This document shows, piece after piece, positions 9,727-19,083 of a stretch of 64,000 nt of DNA. Made by a program: the position numbers and the translations under genes. Below the pieces are notes generated by a model, which ran no database searches, had not been told where the DNA came from, and saw nothing but the letters and a program-made list of their open reading frames with translations. Every line of letters begins with the position of its first letter. The stretch's first letter is position 1. Source of the stretch: Elusimicrobiota bacterium (GTDB taxonomy: Bacteria > Elusimicrobiota > Elusimicrobia > UBA1565 > JACRDR01); the NCBI GenBank assembly GCA_041694815.1, contig JBGFSC010000035.1, positions 1 to 64,000 of the forward strand, in the 5' to 3' direction.

Positions 9727-9762
9727 ACCGCCGGCGCCGGGAGTATTCCCGGCGCCGGCGGT
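9727..9762. repeat. 16-bp-stem GC hairpin just upstream of the mtnA start
   Basis: ACCGCCGGCGCCGGGA-gtat-TCCCGGCGCCGGCGGT, a perfect inverted repeat. Confidence 0.75.
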
Positions 9763-9785
9763 TTCGGCGTCTGATTGAGTCCCGA

Positions 9786-10049
9786 TTAAGGGATCGAATC
9801 CATCACCCGTTTGAGATCTTCCTCGGTGCGGCCGTTGATCTCCACGGTTTTTTCGCGGCCCTTGGCTCCGCGAAGGATATTGACGGTCCGGGGGGTAACC
9901 TCGAAGAACTCAGCCAAGTAGCGCTTCAAGGCCAGGTTCGCGGCCTCATCGGTGGCCGGGGCGTTTACCTTCACCCGGAGCACGCTGCCGATGCGGCTGA
10001 CGACCTCGTTCTCGGGGGCGTTGGGGATGACTCGCACTTTTACGATCAT
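9786..10049 (-). CDS. yggU: DUF167 / YggU family protein
   Basis: VRVIPNA, LRVKVNAP, ANLAL..YLA and G.KGREK. GGAGG site before MIVKV; adjacent to yggS. Confidence 0.88.
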   Translation of the reverse strand: MIVKVRVIPNAPENEVVSRIGSVLRVKVNAPATDEAANLALKRYLAEFFEVTPRTVNILRGAKGREKTVEINGRTEEDLKRVMDSIP

Positions 10050-10107
10050 TCTGTTCCCTCCCTTTGGTTTGCGCAATCGACGATGTCAACGTAAAATCTG
10101 CTGCTAT

Positions 10108-10809
10108 TCATGCCTTGGGCCCAAGCCTCGCGCCGAAGAGCGCGGCGCCGATCCTCACTCGGGTCGCCCCTTCCTCCACCGCGATCTCGAAATCCCGGCT
10201 CATTCCCATCGACAGCACCCTTTCCGCGGTGGCGCCCGGCGGAAAGAGGCGGTCGAAGAGCTCCTTCATCTTCCGGAAATACGGCCGCACCAATTCCACG
10301 GGATCGAGCATCGGCGCGATGGCCATCAGCCCCCGGACATCCAGACGGGCCAGGCGCCGGCAGCGGCTCAGGAATTCCCCCACGTCATCGGGGGCCACGC
10401 CGGATTGGCTCTGGCGCTGCGTCCATTTGACCTGCACGAGCACCGGCAGTCGGCGCCCGCTGCCGGCCAACGCGGAATCCAGGCGCTCGGCCAGGCGGAT
10501 CGAATCCAGGGAGTCCACCGAGTCAAAGCACTCCAGGGCCGGCTTCGCCTTGTTGCTCTGCAGGTGGCCGATCATCCGCCACACGGCGCTGACTCCCCGC
10601 TGCTCCAGCTGACGTTTTTTCGAGACGGCGTCCTGCACGCGGTTGGCGCCCAAGTGGCGCATCAAGCCCGAGCGGAGCCCTTGCTCGATCGCGTCCACCG
10701 ACGCCTGCTTCGTGACCGCCAGCAGCTCCACCTCGGACGGGTCGCGCCCTACGCGCGCCGCGGCCGCTTCCATGCGGCCCAGCACGTCCCGTAGGTTTTC
10801 AAGGATCAT
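10108..10809 (-). CDS. yggS: PLP homeostasis protein (YggS family)
   Basis: LLAVTK, IGHLQSNK, GLMAI, LSMGMS.D..IA and VRIG.ALFG. Confidence 0.96.
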   Translation of the reverse strand: MILENLRDVLGRMEAAAARVGRDPSEVELLAVTKQASVDAIEQGLRSGLMRHLGANRVQDAVSKKRQLEQRGVSAVWRMIGHLQSNKAKPALECFDSVDSLDSIRLAERLDSALAGSGRRLPVLVQVKWTQRQSQSGVAPDDVGEFLSRCRRLARLDVRGLMAIAPMLDPVELVRPYFRKMKELFDRLFPPGATAERVLSMGMSRDFEIAVEEGATRVRIGAALFGARLGPKA

Positions 10810-10872
10810 GCCAACAGCTTATTGTATCAAAATAGCTGTTGAACTACAACGCAAAAAATGTTGTGGTGCGGG

Positions 10873-11352
10873 CTATTTCTCTCGCGCGGCCAGCCGCTGC
10901 TTTAATCGGTGGATAATTTCCTCCGCTTTACGCTCGCGGTCCTCGAACGCCGGAATCAGGGAAACTCGGTCCTCCAAGAACCGGATTTTTTCCCTGGCGG
11001 CGCGCAATTCGTCCTTGAGCTGGACGAGCTCCTCGCGCAAATCGGCCAATAGCTCGTTTTCTTCCCTCCGTCGTTCGAGCTCGCGCATCAACCCGGCGAT
11101 ATGGCGGAAGATCCGGTCGCCGGATCCTTCGATGAAATCTTGGGCGGGAAGGCGCAGCGGGACGGGAACCGCTTCCCGCAGCCGGAAGGCGTCAACGATG
11201 TCGGCGAATAGGCCCGCGCGCCGCCAGGCCCTCTCCGGGGACCCATCGACGGGACAAACCAGGGAGGCGAGAGAAAAATCGCTCAGGCGTGCTAACTCCT
11301 GGGGCTCGTAATTTCCCGGGACTTCCCCTCGGCGGTAGACCCAATACTTCAC
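10873..11352 (-). CDS. Hypothetical protein with GYF-like N-terminus and coiled coil
   Basis: KYWVY..GEVPG.Y...EL......SLVCP......W resembles a GYF_2-type module. The C-terminus is a heptad-rich charged helix. Confidence 0.65.
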   Translation of the reverse strand: MKYWVYRRGEVPGNYEPQELARLSDFSLASLVCPVDGSPERAWRRAGLFADIVDAFRLREAVPVPLRLPAQDFIEGSGDRIFRHIAGLMRELERRREENELLADLREELVQLKDELRAAREKIRFLEDRVSLIPAFEDRERKAEEIIHRLKQRLAAREK

Positions 11353-11585
11353 GGAAGCTGCTCGGGAGGAACTGGCGGGGTCGAATCAAACGCGCGCAGG
11401 CGCTCGATTTCCGCGCGCAGGGCCGCGATCTCTTTTTGGAAGGCGCGGATCTCCTCGGCCACGCGGAACCAGTCGGGGCCGTCGCCGGGGCTGAGCTGGG
11501 CTTGGGAGCCGGAGGCCATCTGGGAGTCGACTTCCCGGCGAAATTCCTCCATCCATTCGCGGTAGGAGAGCGTTTCCTCGGGCAT
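11349..11585 (-). CDS. Small coiled-coil hypothetical protein
   Basis: 78 aa, with a GTGA overlap with the downstream gene suggesting translational coupling. Confidence 0.6.
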   Translation of the reverse strand: MPEETLSYREWMEEFRREVDSQMASGSQAQLSPGDGPDWFRVAEEIRAFQKEIAALRAEIERLRAFDSTPPVPPEQLP

Positions 11586-11610
11586 GATGCCTATTGTGGC
11601 GCGCCGCGGA

Positions 11611-12135
11611 TTACCGATTTATTGCGACTAATGCGACGCGGGAGCCGTCTTTTTTTTCCGAATATTCCTCGTAGACGTAACCTACCCCGGGGGCGTAATA
11701 GCGGATCGCGGTGCCGCCATCGGCAAGCAGCGTATTGACGCGGAGGCAGCGCGCGAATTTTCCGGCGGGCACCTCGATGGAGGCGTCGAGCGAGGCGATC
11801 GTATGGACGCCGTCGGCCTGCCTCCAGACGCGGCCGACCGCCGGGGGGCGCTCGAATTCCAGCCTCGGCATGCCGAGCACGCCCCCCTCCGCCAAGACGC
11901 GGCTGGACTCGCGTAGCACGAGGTAGGACTGGCTGGAGTTTTGTCCCAGCCTCGAGCGCGTGAGCACGGCGAGGGCCTGGGCGCCTTGTCGCAGCTCTTG
12001 GATGTCGGTGAATTCGATATTCACGGTTTCGAGCCCTTCGAAGCGTGTTGAAGTATGCGCGTAACGCAGGCGATAGCCCCGCTGCAGGGGAAAATAATCT
12101 GGCTCTACGAGCGGCATGCGGAGAGTGTCGCCCAC
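11611..12135 (-). CDS. Hypothetical beta-rich protein
   Basis: DYFPL..G...Y, IEVPAGKF..CL and YYAPGVG.V motifs, typical of a widespread unnamed beta-sheet family. Confidence 0.75.
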   Translation of the reverse strand: MGDTLRMPLVEPDYFPLQRGYRLRYAHTSTRFEGLETVNIEFTDIQELRQGAQALAVLTRSRLGQNSSQSYLVLRESSRVLAEGGVLGMPRLEFERPPAVGRVWRQADGVHTIASLDASIEVPAGKFARCLRVNTLLADGGTAIRYYAPGVGYVYEEYSEKKDGSRVALVAINR

Positions 12136-12199
12136 TCCGCCACTTTATGAAATTCGGCGCCAGGCATCCACTTCGTGGGTCCTAGGGCGCAGTTTTTTC

Positions 12200-12214
12200 T
12201 AGGTCCTTGGTCCC
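12200..12214 (+). promoter_or_regulatory. TAGGTCCTTGGTCCC motif upstream of the S8 protease
   Basis: Near-identical to 6586-6600. Confidence 0.5.
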
Positions 12215-12257
12215 TTCCCCGGCCGATCCATTTGGGCTACCCTGCTGTGAAGAGATC

Positions 12258-14273
12258 GTGAAAATATTTAGGATTCTCGCGCTTTGGGCGCTCATCGTCG
12301 AGGCCGCCGGGGCGCTGCCTCGCCCGTTGCCGCCGGCCGCTGCCTCTCTCGGAGTCCATGCGGCCGCCGACGGCTCGCTGCGCTACGGGAAAAGGCCCTT
12401 GTCAGCAAGGGAGGCCGAGCGCGTCCGGCGCTTCCTCGAGCGCGCGCCGCGCAAGGACCCCGAGAGATTCCTGGCTGAGGCGCTCGAAAATTTCCTGGAG
12501 CTCCGTCCTAGCACCGCTTCGGCGGCCTTCCTGCGCGACGGCGCGCTCACGCCCCTGGGAAAGAACGCCCTCATGGACATACTTACCGCCGAGGACGGGC
12601 GCCTGCTCGATGTCGGGCTCTCGAGCGGGACCGCGGCGCTCAAGAACATTCGGGAGCTTTCCTTCGACGGTCGCTTCGTGCTGCGGGATTTCGACTGGGG
12701 GAACTTTCCCGTCTCGGAGGGCTTGCGCGTCGACTCCGGGGGCAACCGTGTCCGGCTGCTCATCGAGACGCAACGCAACGTCAAGCGGGACCGGTTCTCG
12801 ATGAGCCCCCGTTCCAAGCAGGGTTCGGTGTACCGCGAGGCGGGGCTCGACGGCAAGCTGCTCAAGCGCAACAAGGCGCAGGTCATTCGCGCCTTCGACA
12901 ACCTGGTCGTCGTCGACGTTCCGGCGCCGCGGGCCGCGGCGCTCGCAAAGGTGCTCGGCAGGCGTGGCGTCCGCAGCGCGCCGGCCAAGGTCTTCGAGCT
13001 CTTCGACATGTTGCGGCCCCATCTGCCATTCGTCCCGTCCGAGCTCAGCCCTTATAATTTCGACAGCCGCCGGGTGCTCAACGTGGAGGCGCTCGCGAGG
13101 GAAGGGATGGACGGCGAGGGGGTGCTTGTCGGCATCATCGACTCGGGCATCGACGCGGATCATCCCGATTTCAAGGGAAGGATCGAGGCCTACAAGGATT
13201 TCACCGGCGAGGGGCTCAAGGACACGCTCGGGCACGGTACCTTCGTCGCGGGGACGATCGGTGCTTCGGGGGCGGCCTCGGGCGGAAAATACCGGGGGAT
13301 GGCCCCCAAGGTCCGCTTCATGGTCGCCAAGGTATTCGGCGACGGATCGGCCTCTGAGGACACGATACTCGCGGCGCTCAAATGGATGCAGTCGGCCAAG
13401 CGCAAGCCCGACATCATCAACATGAGCTTCGGCAATCCCGATTCGGGTGAGCCCAACGGGGACATCGTCGGCTCCATGGCCAACCGTATGATGGTTCAGG
13501 AAGGCATCCTGATGGTGGCCGCCGCCGGCAATCATGGCCCGGAGCCCGAGACGATCCCCTCGCCCGCCAATGCCCGTTACGTGATCGCGGTCACCGGGAT
13601 CAACAAGGAGGGCCGCTTTCCGGACTTCGTCTCCCGCGGTCCGGTCCGTTCCTCGAGCGGGGACTCCTACGCCAAGCCGGACCTGGCGACCGTAGCCGGC
13701 GACGTCAATCCCGCCGCCCTGCTTTCAAGCAGCGTCGAGGCGGCCGTCCCCGTTTCAACCTCCTGCCGCTACAGCCCCGGGGTCATTTCGACGCGCAGCG
13801 CCGATGATCCCGACGAGGGCTGTGCCTTGGCGGGCAATCCCTATTACCGCTTCATGACAGGGTCCTCGGTGGGCGCGCCCGCTGCCGCCGGCATCAAGGC
13901 CCTGGGCATCGGCTACGGGCTCAAGAACGGCGCGCGGCCCTCGAGCTCCGAGGTGGCGGCGTGGGGAATCGAGACGGCCTCCGATCTCGGGCAGCCGCGC
14001 GAGACGCAGGGCGCGGGGCTCATCGACGGGGCGGCTCTCGCCAAGACCATTGTTTCGCGCTTGCGCCTGGGCCTGCCCATAGGCAATATCGCCTATCGGC
14101 TTGCCATGCGCTTGAGCAGCGAGGACCTGCGCCTGCTCGATCGGCAGGAGCGATACCGGAACACCCCGCTGGGCCTTTTGGACGTCGAAACGGGGCATCT
14201 GATCCGCGACGACGCGCAGATGCAGCGGGTGCTTGAGCAGATTCGGCATAAGCCGGATCCACCTAAGGCTTAA
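12258..14273 (+). CDS. Secreted subtilisin-like S8 serine peptidase
   Basis: The GTG start gives signal VKIFRILALWALIVEAAGA. Catalytic IIDSGID, GHGTFVAG, oxyanion AAGN and nucleophile region MTGSSVGAP. Confidence 0.92.
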   Translation: MKIFRILALWALIVEAAGALPRPLPPAAASLGVHAAADGSLRYGKRPLSAREAERVRRFLERAPRKDPERFLAEALENFLELRPSTASAAFLRDGALTPLGKNALMDILTAEDGRLLDVGLSSGTAALKNIRELSFDGRFVLRDFDWGNFPVSEGLRVDSGGNRVRLLIETQRNVKRDRFSMSPRSKQGSVYREAGLDGKLLKRNKAQVIRAFDNLVVVDVPAPRAAALAKVLGRRGVRSAPAKVFELFDMLRPHLPFVPSELSPYNFDSRRVLNVEALAREGMDGEGVLVGIIDSGIDADHPDFKGRIEAYKDFTGEGLKDTLGHGTFVAGTIGASGAASGGKYRGMAPKVRFMVAKVFGDGSASEDTILAALKWMQSAKRKPDIINMSFGNPDSGEPNGDIVGSMANRMMVQEGILMVAAAGNHGPEPETIPSPANARYVIAVTGINKEGRFPDFVSRGPVRSSSGDSYAKPDLATVAGDVNPAALLSSSVEAAVPVSTSCRYSPGVISTRSADDPDEGCALAGNPYYRFMTGSSVGAPAAAGIKALGIGYGLKNGARPSSSEVAAWGIETASDLGQPRETQGAGLIDGAALAKTIVSRLRLGLPIGNIAYRLAMRLSSEDLRLLDRQERYRNTPLGLLDVETGHLIRDDAQMQRVLEQIRHKPDPPKA

Positions 14274-14304
14274 CTGTAGTTTTTAACGAAGGAATATTTT
14301 GGCT

Positions 14305-14568
14305 CTACAGGGTCAAGCGATGCCCGGGATCCAGTCTTTCACGCAGCCACATTTTGATGATGGCCTGCCTGGATACATTGAGCTTCATGGCCTCTTCGTC
14401 AAGCATCCTAACCATCCAAGCAGGGAAGTCCACGTTAACTCGCTGCACGACTGTGGCTTTCTTAAGATCTAAGAAGGCAGAAATATCCTCTCCCTGATCG
14501 AATCGCTCATCGAAGGTCTTGGTCGATATATGTTTTTTAACTGCTCTTGCTTTGGATTTGGTTTTCAT
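14305..14568 (-). CDS. brnA: BrnA-type (CopG/RHH) antitoxin
   Basis: FDERFDQGEDI..FLDL, RVNVDFPAWM...LD.EA and SRQAIIK.W. Downstream of brnT. Confidence 0.9.
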   Translation of the reverse strand: MKTKSKARAVKKHISTKTFDERFDQGEDISAFLDLKKATVVQRVNVDFPAWMVRMLDEEAMKLNVSRQAIIKMWLRERLDPGHRLTL

Positions 14569-14821
14569 AGATTCTCTCCAATCGTCTGTCCGCCCTATGG
14601 CAACTGATCAGTCTTATGGCTTGGCCACGTCTTGTAAAAATTGCCGCATAGCATTTGCCGGCGACCCTTGCTAGAATCAAGCTCCGATTTTCCCCGGAAA
14701 CATTTTTCGCTGGGATTATGACATGCGTTTCGTTCCATAATCTCTGAGACCATCTGAGATCGATCCCATGCCGCTCCACATTAAGCTGACTTTTCTTGTG
14801 GTCGAACTCAAATTTCTCCAT
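14537..14821 (-). CDS. brnT: BrnT-family ribonuclease toxin
   Basis: FEFD..KS..N..RHGI, E.R, IFT.R and IRLIS. Lower GC than the flanking genes. Confidence 0.88.
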   Translation of the reverse strand: MEKFEFDHKKSQLNVERHGIDLRWSQRLWNETHVIIPAKNVSGENRSLILARVAGKCYAAIFTRRGQAIRLISCHRADRRLERIYENQIQSKSS

Positions 14822-14828
14822 TAGCGTT

Positions 14829-14857
14829 AGTATAACAGTTATACCTCACTTTTTCAA
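14829..14857 (-). promoter_or_regulatory. Sigma70 promoter with overlapping palindromic operator for brnTA
   Basis: TTGAAA-17 bp-TATACT-7 nt-ATG on the minus strand. The perfect inverted repeat GTATAAC-A-GTTATAC at 14830-14844 overlaps the -10. Confidence 0.8.
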
Positions 14858-14905
14858 GGCGCGCACTACCTCATCCGGCGGGTAAAATGAAAACCAAGGG
14901 CCGCT

Positions 14906-15040
14906 TTACGACCTATAAGCCTTCAGCGCCAGGAATCCCAGAAGCAGTAACACGATCAACAGCACAATCCCTACAATATCTTCCCAACCGTTTGGCCGTA
15001 AATGCGGTGAATAGAAAAGATGGCCGCCCCAGATTCTCAT
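14906..15040 (-). CDS. Putative 44-aa single-pass membrane microprotein
   Basis: Manual translation MRIWGGHLFYSPHLRPNGWEDIVGIVLLIVLLLLGFLALKAYRS has a clean TM helix followed by basic residues. Below the ORF-track cutoff. Confidence 0.45.
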   Translation of the reverse strand: MRIWGGHLFYSPHLRPNGWEDIVGIVLLIVLLLLGFLALKAYRS

Positions 15041-15142
15041 GTATAGCGACGCCCCTATGCTAGCCTAGCCATTTGGTGGTTCGTACTCGGCGTTTACGTC
15101 GTGCATTCTCCCCTGTCATCTCGGCGGCTATGCTAAAGTCTA

Positions 15143-16366
15143 TTAGTTCGTCTTCGGCCCCGGCCGCCGCGTCCCCGCCACGGCCGGAGGCAATCCCAGG
15201 CTCGCCTTCTTCCACTCGGCGAGTATCTCCTCCCGGGTGCAGGCGGTCTCAACGCATCGCCGGGCGTTCTCATGCATCCCGGCCCAATCCGGATTCGCCA
15301 GAGCCTGCCGGTAATCCTCGAGGGCCGGCTCGCGTTGGCCCGAGGCGTCGCGCATTATCCCGCGGTAGAGCCGCAGGAAGGTGAGCCAGGCGCCGCGCGG
15401 CGCCGGTTTGGCGCTTAAGGCCCGGTCGAACCATTCCGTCAACCAGGGTAGCTGCTCGGGCGAGAGGCAGGCGCTGGCGTTGATCCCGCAGAAAAGGCTC
15501 AAGCGCTTGCGACCGAGCAGGGTCGGGTCCGAGCGGGTTTTTTCGAACAGCAGCCGCGCCTGGCGCAACGAGCCGTCGAAATCCTCCAGCAGGTAGCGCG
15601 TCGCCACTTCCAGGAAATGGAAATAGGGGCTGGCGGGATAGCTGGCGCGCAGGCGCTCGAGCAAGGGTTGCGCGCGTTGGGTGTCCTTGAGGTCGACCAG
15701 ATAGATGCCGAGGAGAAATTGCGCCGCCTGGCGTGAGCCGAAACGGCCCTTCTCGACGGCGAGCTGCAGCCTTTCGATCCCGCGGAGCAGGTCTCCCCGC
15801 ACGCCGATGAGCGCGCCGAGCTTGAGTATTCCCGGCAGCCGCGCGGCCTGGTAATCGTAGACCCCCAAGCCAAGATAGGCGTCGTAGAGCTCCGGGTCCG
15901 CCTTCAGGCAGCGGTAGAGCTGCTTGACGCCCCTCTTACCGTCGAAATACGCCTTGATCCATCGGCCCCGAAGAAGATGCCATTGCCCCCTGGCTCCGTA
16001 CGCCATGCCTTCGGCGAAATACCCCTCCGCCCGCACGAGCGGGTCCGAGGACTGGATCCAAGCCTTCGAGGCGCGTATGGCCTCGCCGACATCCTCCTCG
16101 AAAAGGCCCTCCAGCGTCGGCGTGTCCTCGAAGAGCGCGTATTCGTTGGAGGCTTGCCACCAGATCGCTCCGGCCTCGAAAAGATAGCCGTAGGGGTTGG
16201 CCGGCTCCTCGGCGATCAGTCTCCGGAATTTCGATCTGGCCTGCTCGTAGTCGAGGTTGTAGAGCTGCATCAGCCCTTCGTCAAGACTGCGTTCGGCGGA
16301 AGGCGTCAGGGCGAGCGTGGGGCCGGCCCGAGCCAGCAGCAAGGCAATGGCGAGCTCAAGACGCAT
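15143..16366 (-). CDS. Exported TPR-repeat protein
   Basis: Signal peptide MRLELAIALLLARAGPTLA and TPR-like helices (DP.LYDAYLGLG.Y.Y, YPASPYF). Confidence 0.8.
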   Translation of the reverse strand: MRLELAIALLLARAGPTLALTPSAERSLDEGLMQLYNLDYEQARSKFRRLIAEEPANPYGYLFEAGAIWWQASNEYALFEDTPTLEGLFEEDVGEAIRASKAWIQSSDPLVRAEGYFAEGMAYGARGQWHLLRGRWIKAYFDGKRGVKQLYRCLKADPELYDAYLGLGVYDYQAARLPGILKLGALIGVRGDLLRGIERLQLAVEKGRFGSRQAAQFLLGIYLVDLKDTQRAQPLLERLRASYPASPYFHFLEVATRYLLEDFDGSLRQARLLFEKTRSDPTLLGRKRLSLFCGINASACLSPEQLPWLTEWFDRALSAKPAPRGAWLTFLRLYRGIMRDASGQREPALEDYRQALANPDWAGMHENARRCVETACTREEILAEWKKASLGLPPAVAGTRRPGPKTN

Positions 16367-16976
16367 CGGGCAATCGGAGCGCGCTCAGAATGAATTGAAC
16401 GGCGATGGCCGCCAAGAGAAGCCCCATGAGCCGCGTCATGATATTGAGGAAGATGGGGCTCAGGCGTTTGGCGCCGCTGGCGGCCCAATAGAGGAGGGCA
16501 TAGCTGGCGGCCGACACGAGCGCGATGCAGGTGTAGAAGACCAGATGATAGGCCCAGCCGGCGGCCTGCCCTGCGAGCACGATGGCCGTCGAGATGGCCC
16601 CGGGCCCCGAGAGCATGGGCACGGCGAGCGGGGTAATGGCGATGTCCTCCTTACTGGCCCCCTCCTCGGTCTCCTCGGCCGTCTCCTTGAGCGGGGAGCG
16701 CTTGGCACGGAGCATGTCCAGCGAGGAAAGCAGCAGGATCAGCCCCCCGGCGATCTGGAAGGCCGGGAGCGTGATTCCGAAAAAACGGAAGATGGTGGGG
16801 CCGAGCGCGGCGAAAACCCCCAGGACGAGCCCGCTCGTGATGCACGCCGTGCGCGCCATCTGCCGCCTCTGCTCCACGCTGTCTCGGGCCGTCATGGCCA
16901 AAAAGGCCGGGACCGCGGCCACCGGGTCCACGATGGCGAAAAGCGAGCCGAAGGTCAGTAGCGCGTACTCGATCAC
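16356..16976 (-). CDS. marC: MarC family membrane protein
   Basis: LFAIVDP, FQIAGG, PLAVPMLSGPGAI and RLMGLLL.AIAVQ. GTG start overlaps the LOG gene stop. Confidence 0.93.
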   Translation of the reverse strand: MIEYALLTFGSLFAIVDPVAAVPAFLAMTARDSVEQRRQMARTACITSGLVLGVFAALGPTIFRFFGITLPAFQIAGGLILLLSSLDMLRAKRSPLKETAEETEEGASKEDIAITPLAVPMLSGPGAISTAIVLAGQAAGWAYHLVFYTCIALVSAASYALLYWAASGAKRLSPIFLNIMTRLMGLLLAAIAVQFILSALRLPDAS

Positions 16977-17824
16977 CGCCGCCTCGCCCACTGCCGGCGG
17001 ATATGCTCCCAGGCCTCTTGCGCCGTCTCGACGCATCGGAAAAGCCGGCTCTCCCGCCGCGAGATCATCCCGCAGCTGGCCAGGTACTCGAAATCCACCG
17101 CGCGCCTCCAAAACTCGCGGCCCACGAGCACGATCGGGATGCGGCTTTTCTTGCCCGTCTGCACCAAGGTCAGGAGCTCGAAGAGCTCGTCCATGGTCCC
17201 GTAGCCGCCGGGGAATACGACCAGGGCCTTGGCGCGCATGACGAAATGCATCTTGCGCAGGGCGAAGTAGTGGAAGCGGAAGCACAGCTGCGGCGTGATA
17301 TAGGGGTTGGGGTCCTGCTCCTGCGGCAGGGTGATGTTGAGCCCGATGCTCTTGGCCCCGGCTTCCCAGGCGCCGCGGTTGGCGGCCTCCATGATGCCGG
17401 GCCCTCCCCCCGTGACGATCACGTATTCGCGCCGCGAGTCGCGCTGGTGGCGCTTGGAGACCAAGGCCGCGAATTTTCGCGCCTCGTCGTAATACTTCGA
17501 TAGGGCCTGGGCCCGCAGCGCCGCCTCGTATTCGCTCTTAAGCACGCGGTCGCGAGGAGAGCGGCTCAATCGACGCTTGAGCTCCGCCGCCTTGGCCCTC
17601 GCTAGCTCGGGCGCCGGCAGCCTCGCGCTGCCGAAGACGACGATGGTCGAGCGGATGTGCTCCTCGGTGAGCACCATCTCGGGCTTGAGCAGCTCCAGCT
17701 GGAAGCGCACGGGGCGCAGCTCCCGGCGAGAAAGAAAATCGAGGTCCTCGTACGCCCGCAGATAGGTGGGCGAGTTCCGGATATCCGCCAGCAGCCTCTG
17801 GCGCCGCCGCGAGTCTAGTTTCAT
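16973..17824 (-). CDS. LOG family (Rossmann fold) nucleotide phosphoribohydrolase
   Basis: VFGSAR, TGGGPGIMEAANRGA, LP.EQ.PNPY, RKMHF and PGGYGT.DE. Confidence 0.93.
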   Translation of the reverse strand: MKLDSRRRQRLLADIRNSPTYLRAYEDLDFLSRRELRPVRFQLELLKPEMVLTEEHIRSTIVVFGSARLPAPELARAKAAELKRRLSRSPRDRVLKSEYEAALRAQALSKYYDEARKFAALVSKRHQRDSRREYVIVTGGGPGIMEAANRGAWEAGAKSIGLNITLPQEQDPNPYITPQLCFRFHYFALRKMHFVMRAKALVVFPGGYGTMDELFELLTLVQTGKKSRIPIVLVGREFWRRAVDFEYLASCGMISRRESRLFRCVETAQEAWEHIRRQWARRR

Positions 17825-19083
17825 GGTCCCACCGCCCAAAGGCTCAGCCCCGGCAGGTAGGTCACCGCGGCCAGGGCGGCGAGCAGCATCAGCCAGAACG
17901 GGAAGGTCGAGGCGTAGAGCTTAAGCAGCGAGGCTCCGAAGCGGCTGCTGGAGAGGAAAAGGTTGAGGCCCAGCGGCGGCGTCATGTAGCCAATCTCGAG
18001 ATTGAGCAGAAAGATGACGCCGAGATGGACGGGATGGATGCCGTACTGCGCGGCGACCGGAACGATCAGGGGCACGACGATGATGATCGCCGAGAATATC
18101 TCCACCATGTTGACGACGAGCAGGAAGGCGTTGAGGACTAGCAAAAACAGCAGCTTGGAGCCGACGAAACGGTGGAGGAAATCGAAAAGCCGCCCGGGCA
18201 ACTCGGCGTCGATGAGGTAATTAGTCAATCCCAGCGCCGCGCCGAGCACGATGAGGATCGCCCCGACCAGCATCATGCTCTCGGAGGCGATCGCAGGCAG
18301 GTCCTTGAGGCGGAGGTCCCTATAGATGAAAGCCTCCACGATGAGGACGTAGAAGGCCATGATGGCGGCCGCCTCGCTGGCGGTGAACCATCCTAGGTAT
18401 ATCCCCCCGATGATGAGAAAGGGCAGCGGGATCTCCCAGGCGGCGGCCTTGAGCGCTCGGGCCAGGGCGGCCCCGGAGAAGGGAACCTTCATGATGCCCT
18501 CTCGCCGCCCGACCCACAGGCTGTAGGCCGAAAGGATCAGCAGCAGCAAGACGCCAGGAACGGCGGCGGCGGCGAAGAGCTTGTCGATGGGGACCTTGGC
18601 GACAAGACCGTAAAGGATGATCGGCAGGCTCGGCGGAAAGAGAAGCCCGAGGCTTCCGGTCGTCGTCAAAAGGCCCAGCGAAAAGTTTTCCGGATAGTTC
18701 TGACGGCGGAGCATGGGGTAGAGCAGCCCGCCTAGGGCGATGATCGTCACGCCCGAGGCGCCGGTGAAGGCGGTGAACACCGCGCAGGAGACCAGCCCCA
18801 CCACAGCCAGGCCCCCCGGCATCCAGCCGAAAAGGGCCTGCGCGAGATCGACTAAGCGCTGGGGGGCCTTGGACTCGGCCAGGCAATAGCCGGCGAAGGT
18901 AAACAGCGGTATGGCGACGAGGGCCGGAAGGCTGGCCAGGCGGAAGAGCTCCACGATCACGGCGGAGGAGTCGATCCCCGCTCCGTGGAAAAGATAAAGT
19001 GCCAGAAAGCCGATCAGTGAGAAAACCGGCGCGCCCAGCGCCGCCAGCAAAAGCAGCCCGAGGGACAAAAGCCATGGGTTCAT
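17821..19083 (-). CDS. dctM: TRAP transporter large permease
   Basis: AIPLF, F.AFTGAS, GSLGLLFPPS, FTASEAAA and TPPLGLNLF; many TM helices. Confidence 0.95.
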   Translation of the reverse strand: MNPWLLSLGLLLLAALGAPVFSLIGFLALYLFHGAGIDSSAVIVELFRLASLPALVAIPLFTFAGYCLAESKAPQRLVDLAQALFGWMPGGLAVVGLVSCAVFTAFTGASGVTIIALGGLLYPMLRRQNYPENFSLGLLTTTGSLGLLFPPSLPIILYGLVAKVPIDKLFAAAAVPGVLLLLILSAYSLWVGRREGIMKVPFSGAALARALKAAAWEIPLPFLIIGGIYLGWFTASEAAAIMAFYVLIVEAFIYRDLRLKDLPAIASESMMLVGAILIVLGAALGLTNYLIDAELPGRLFDFLHRFVGSKLLFLLVLNAFLLVVNMVEIFSAIIIVVPLIVPVAAQYGIHPVHLGVIFLLNLEIGYMTPPLGLNLFLSSSRFGASLLKLYASTFPFWLMLLAALAAVTYLPGLSLWAVGP

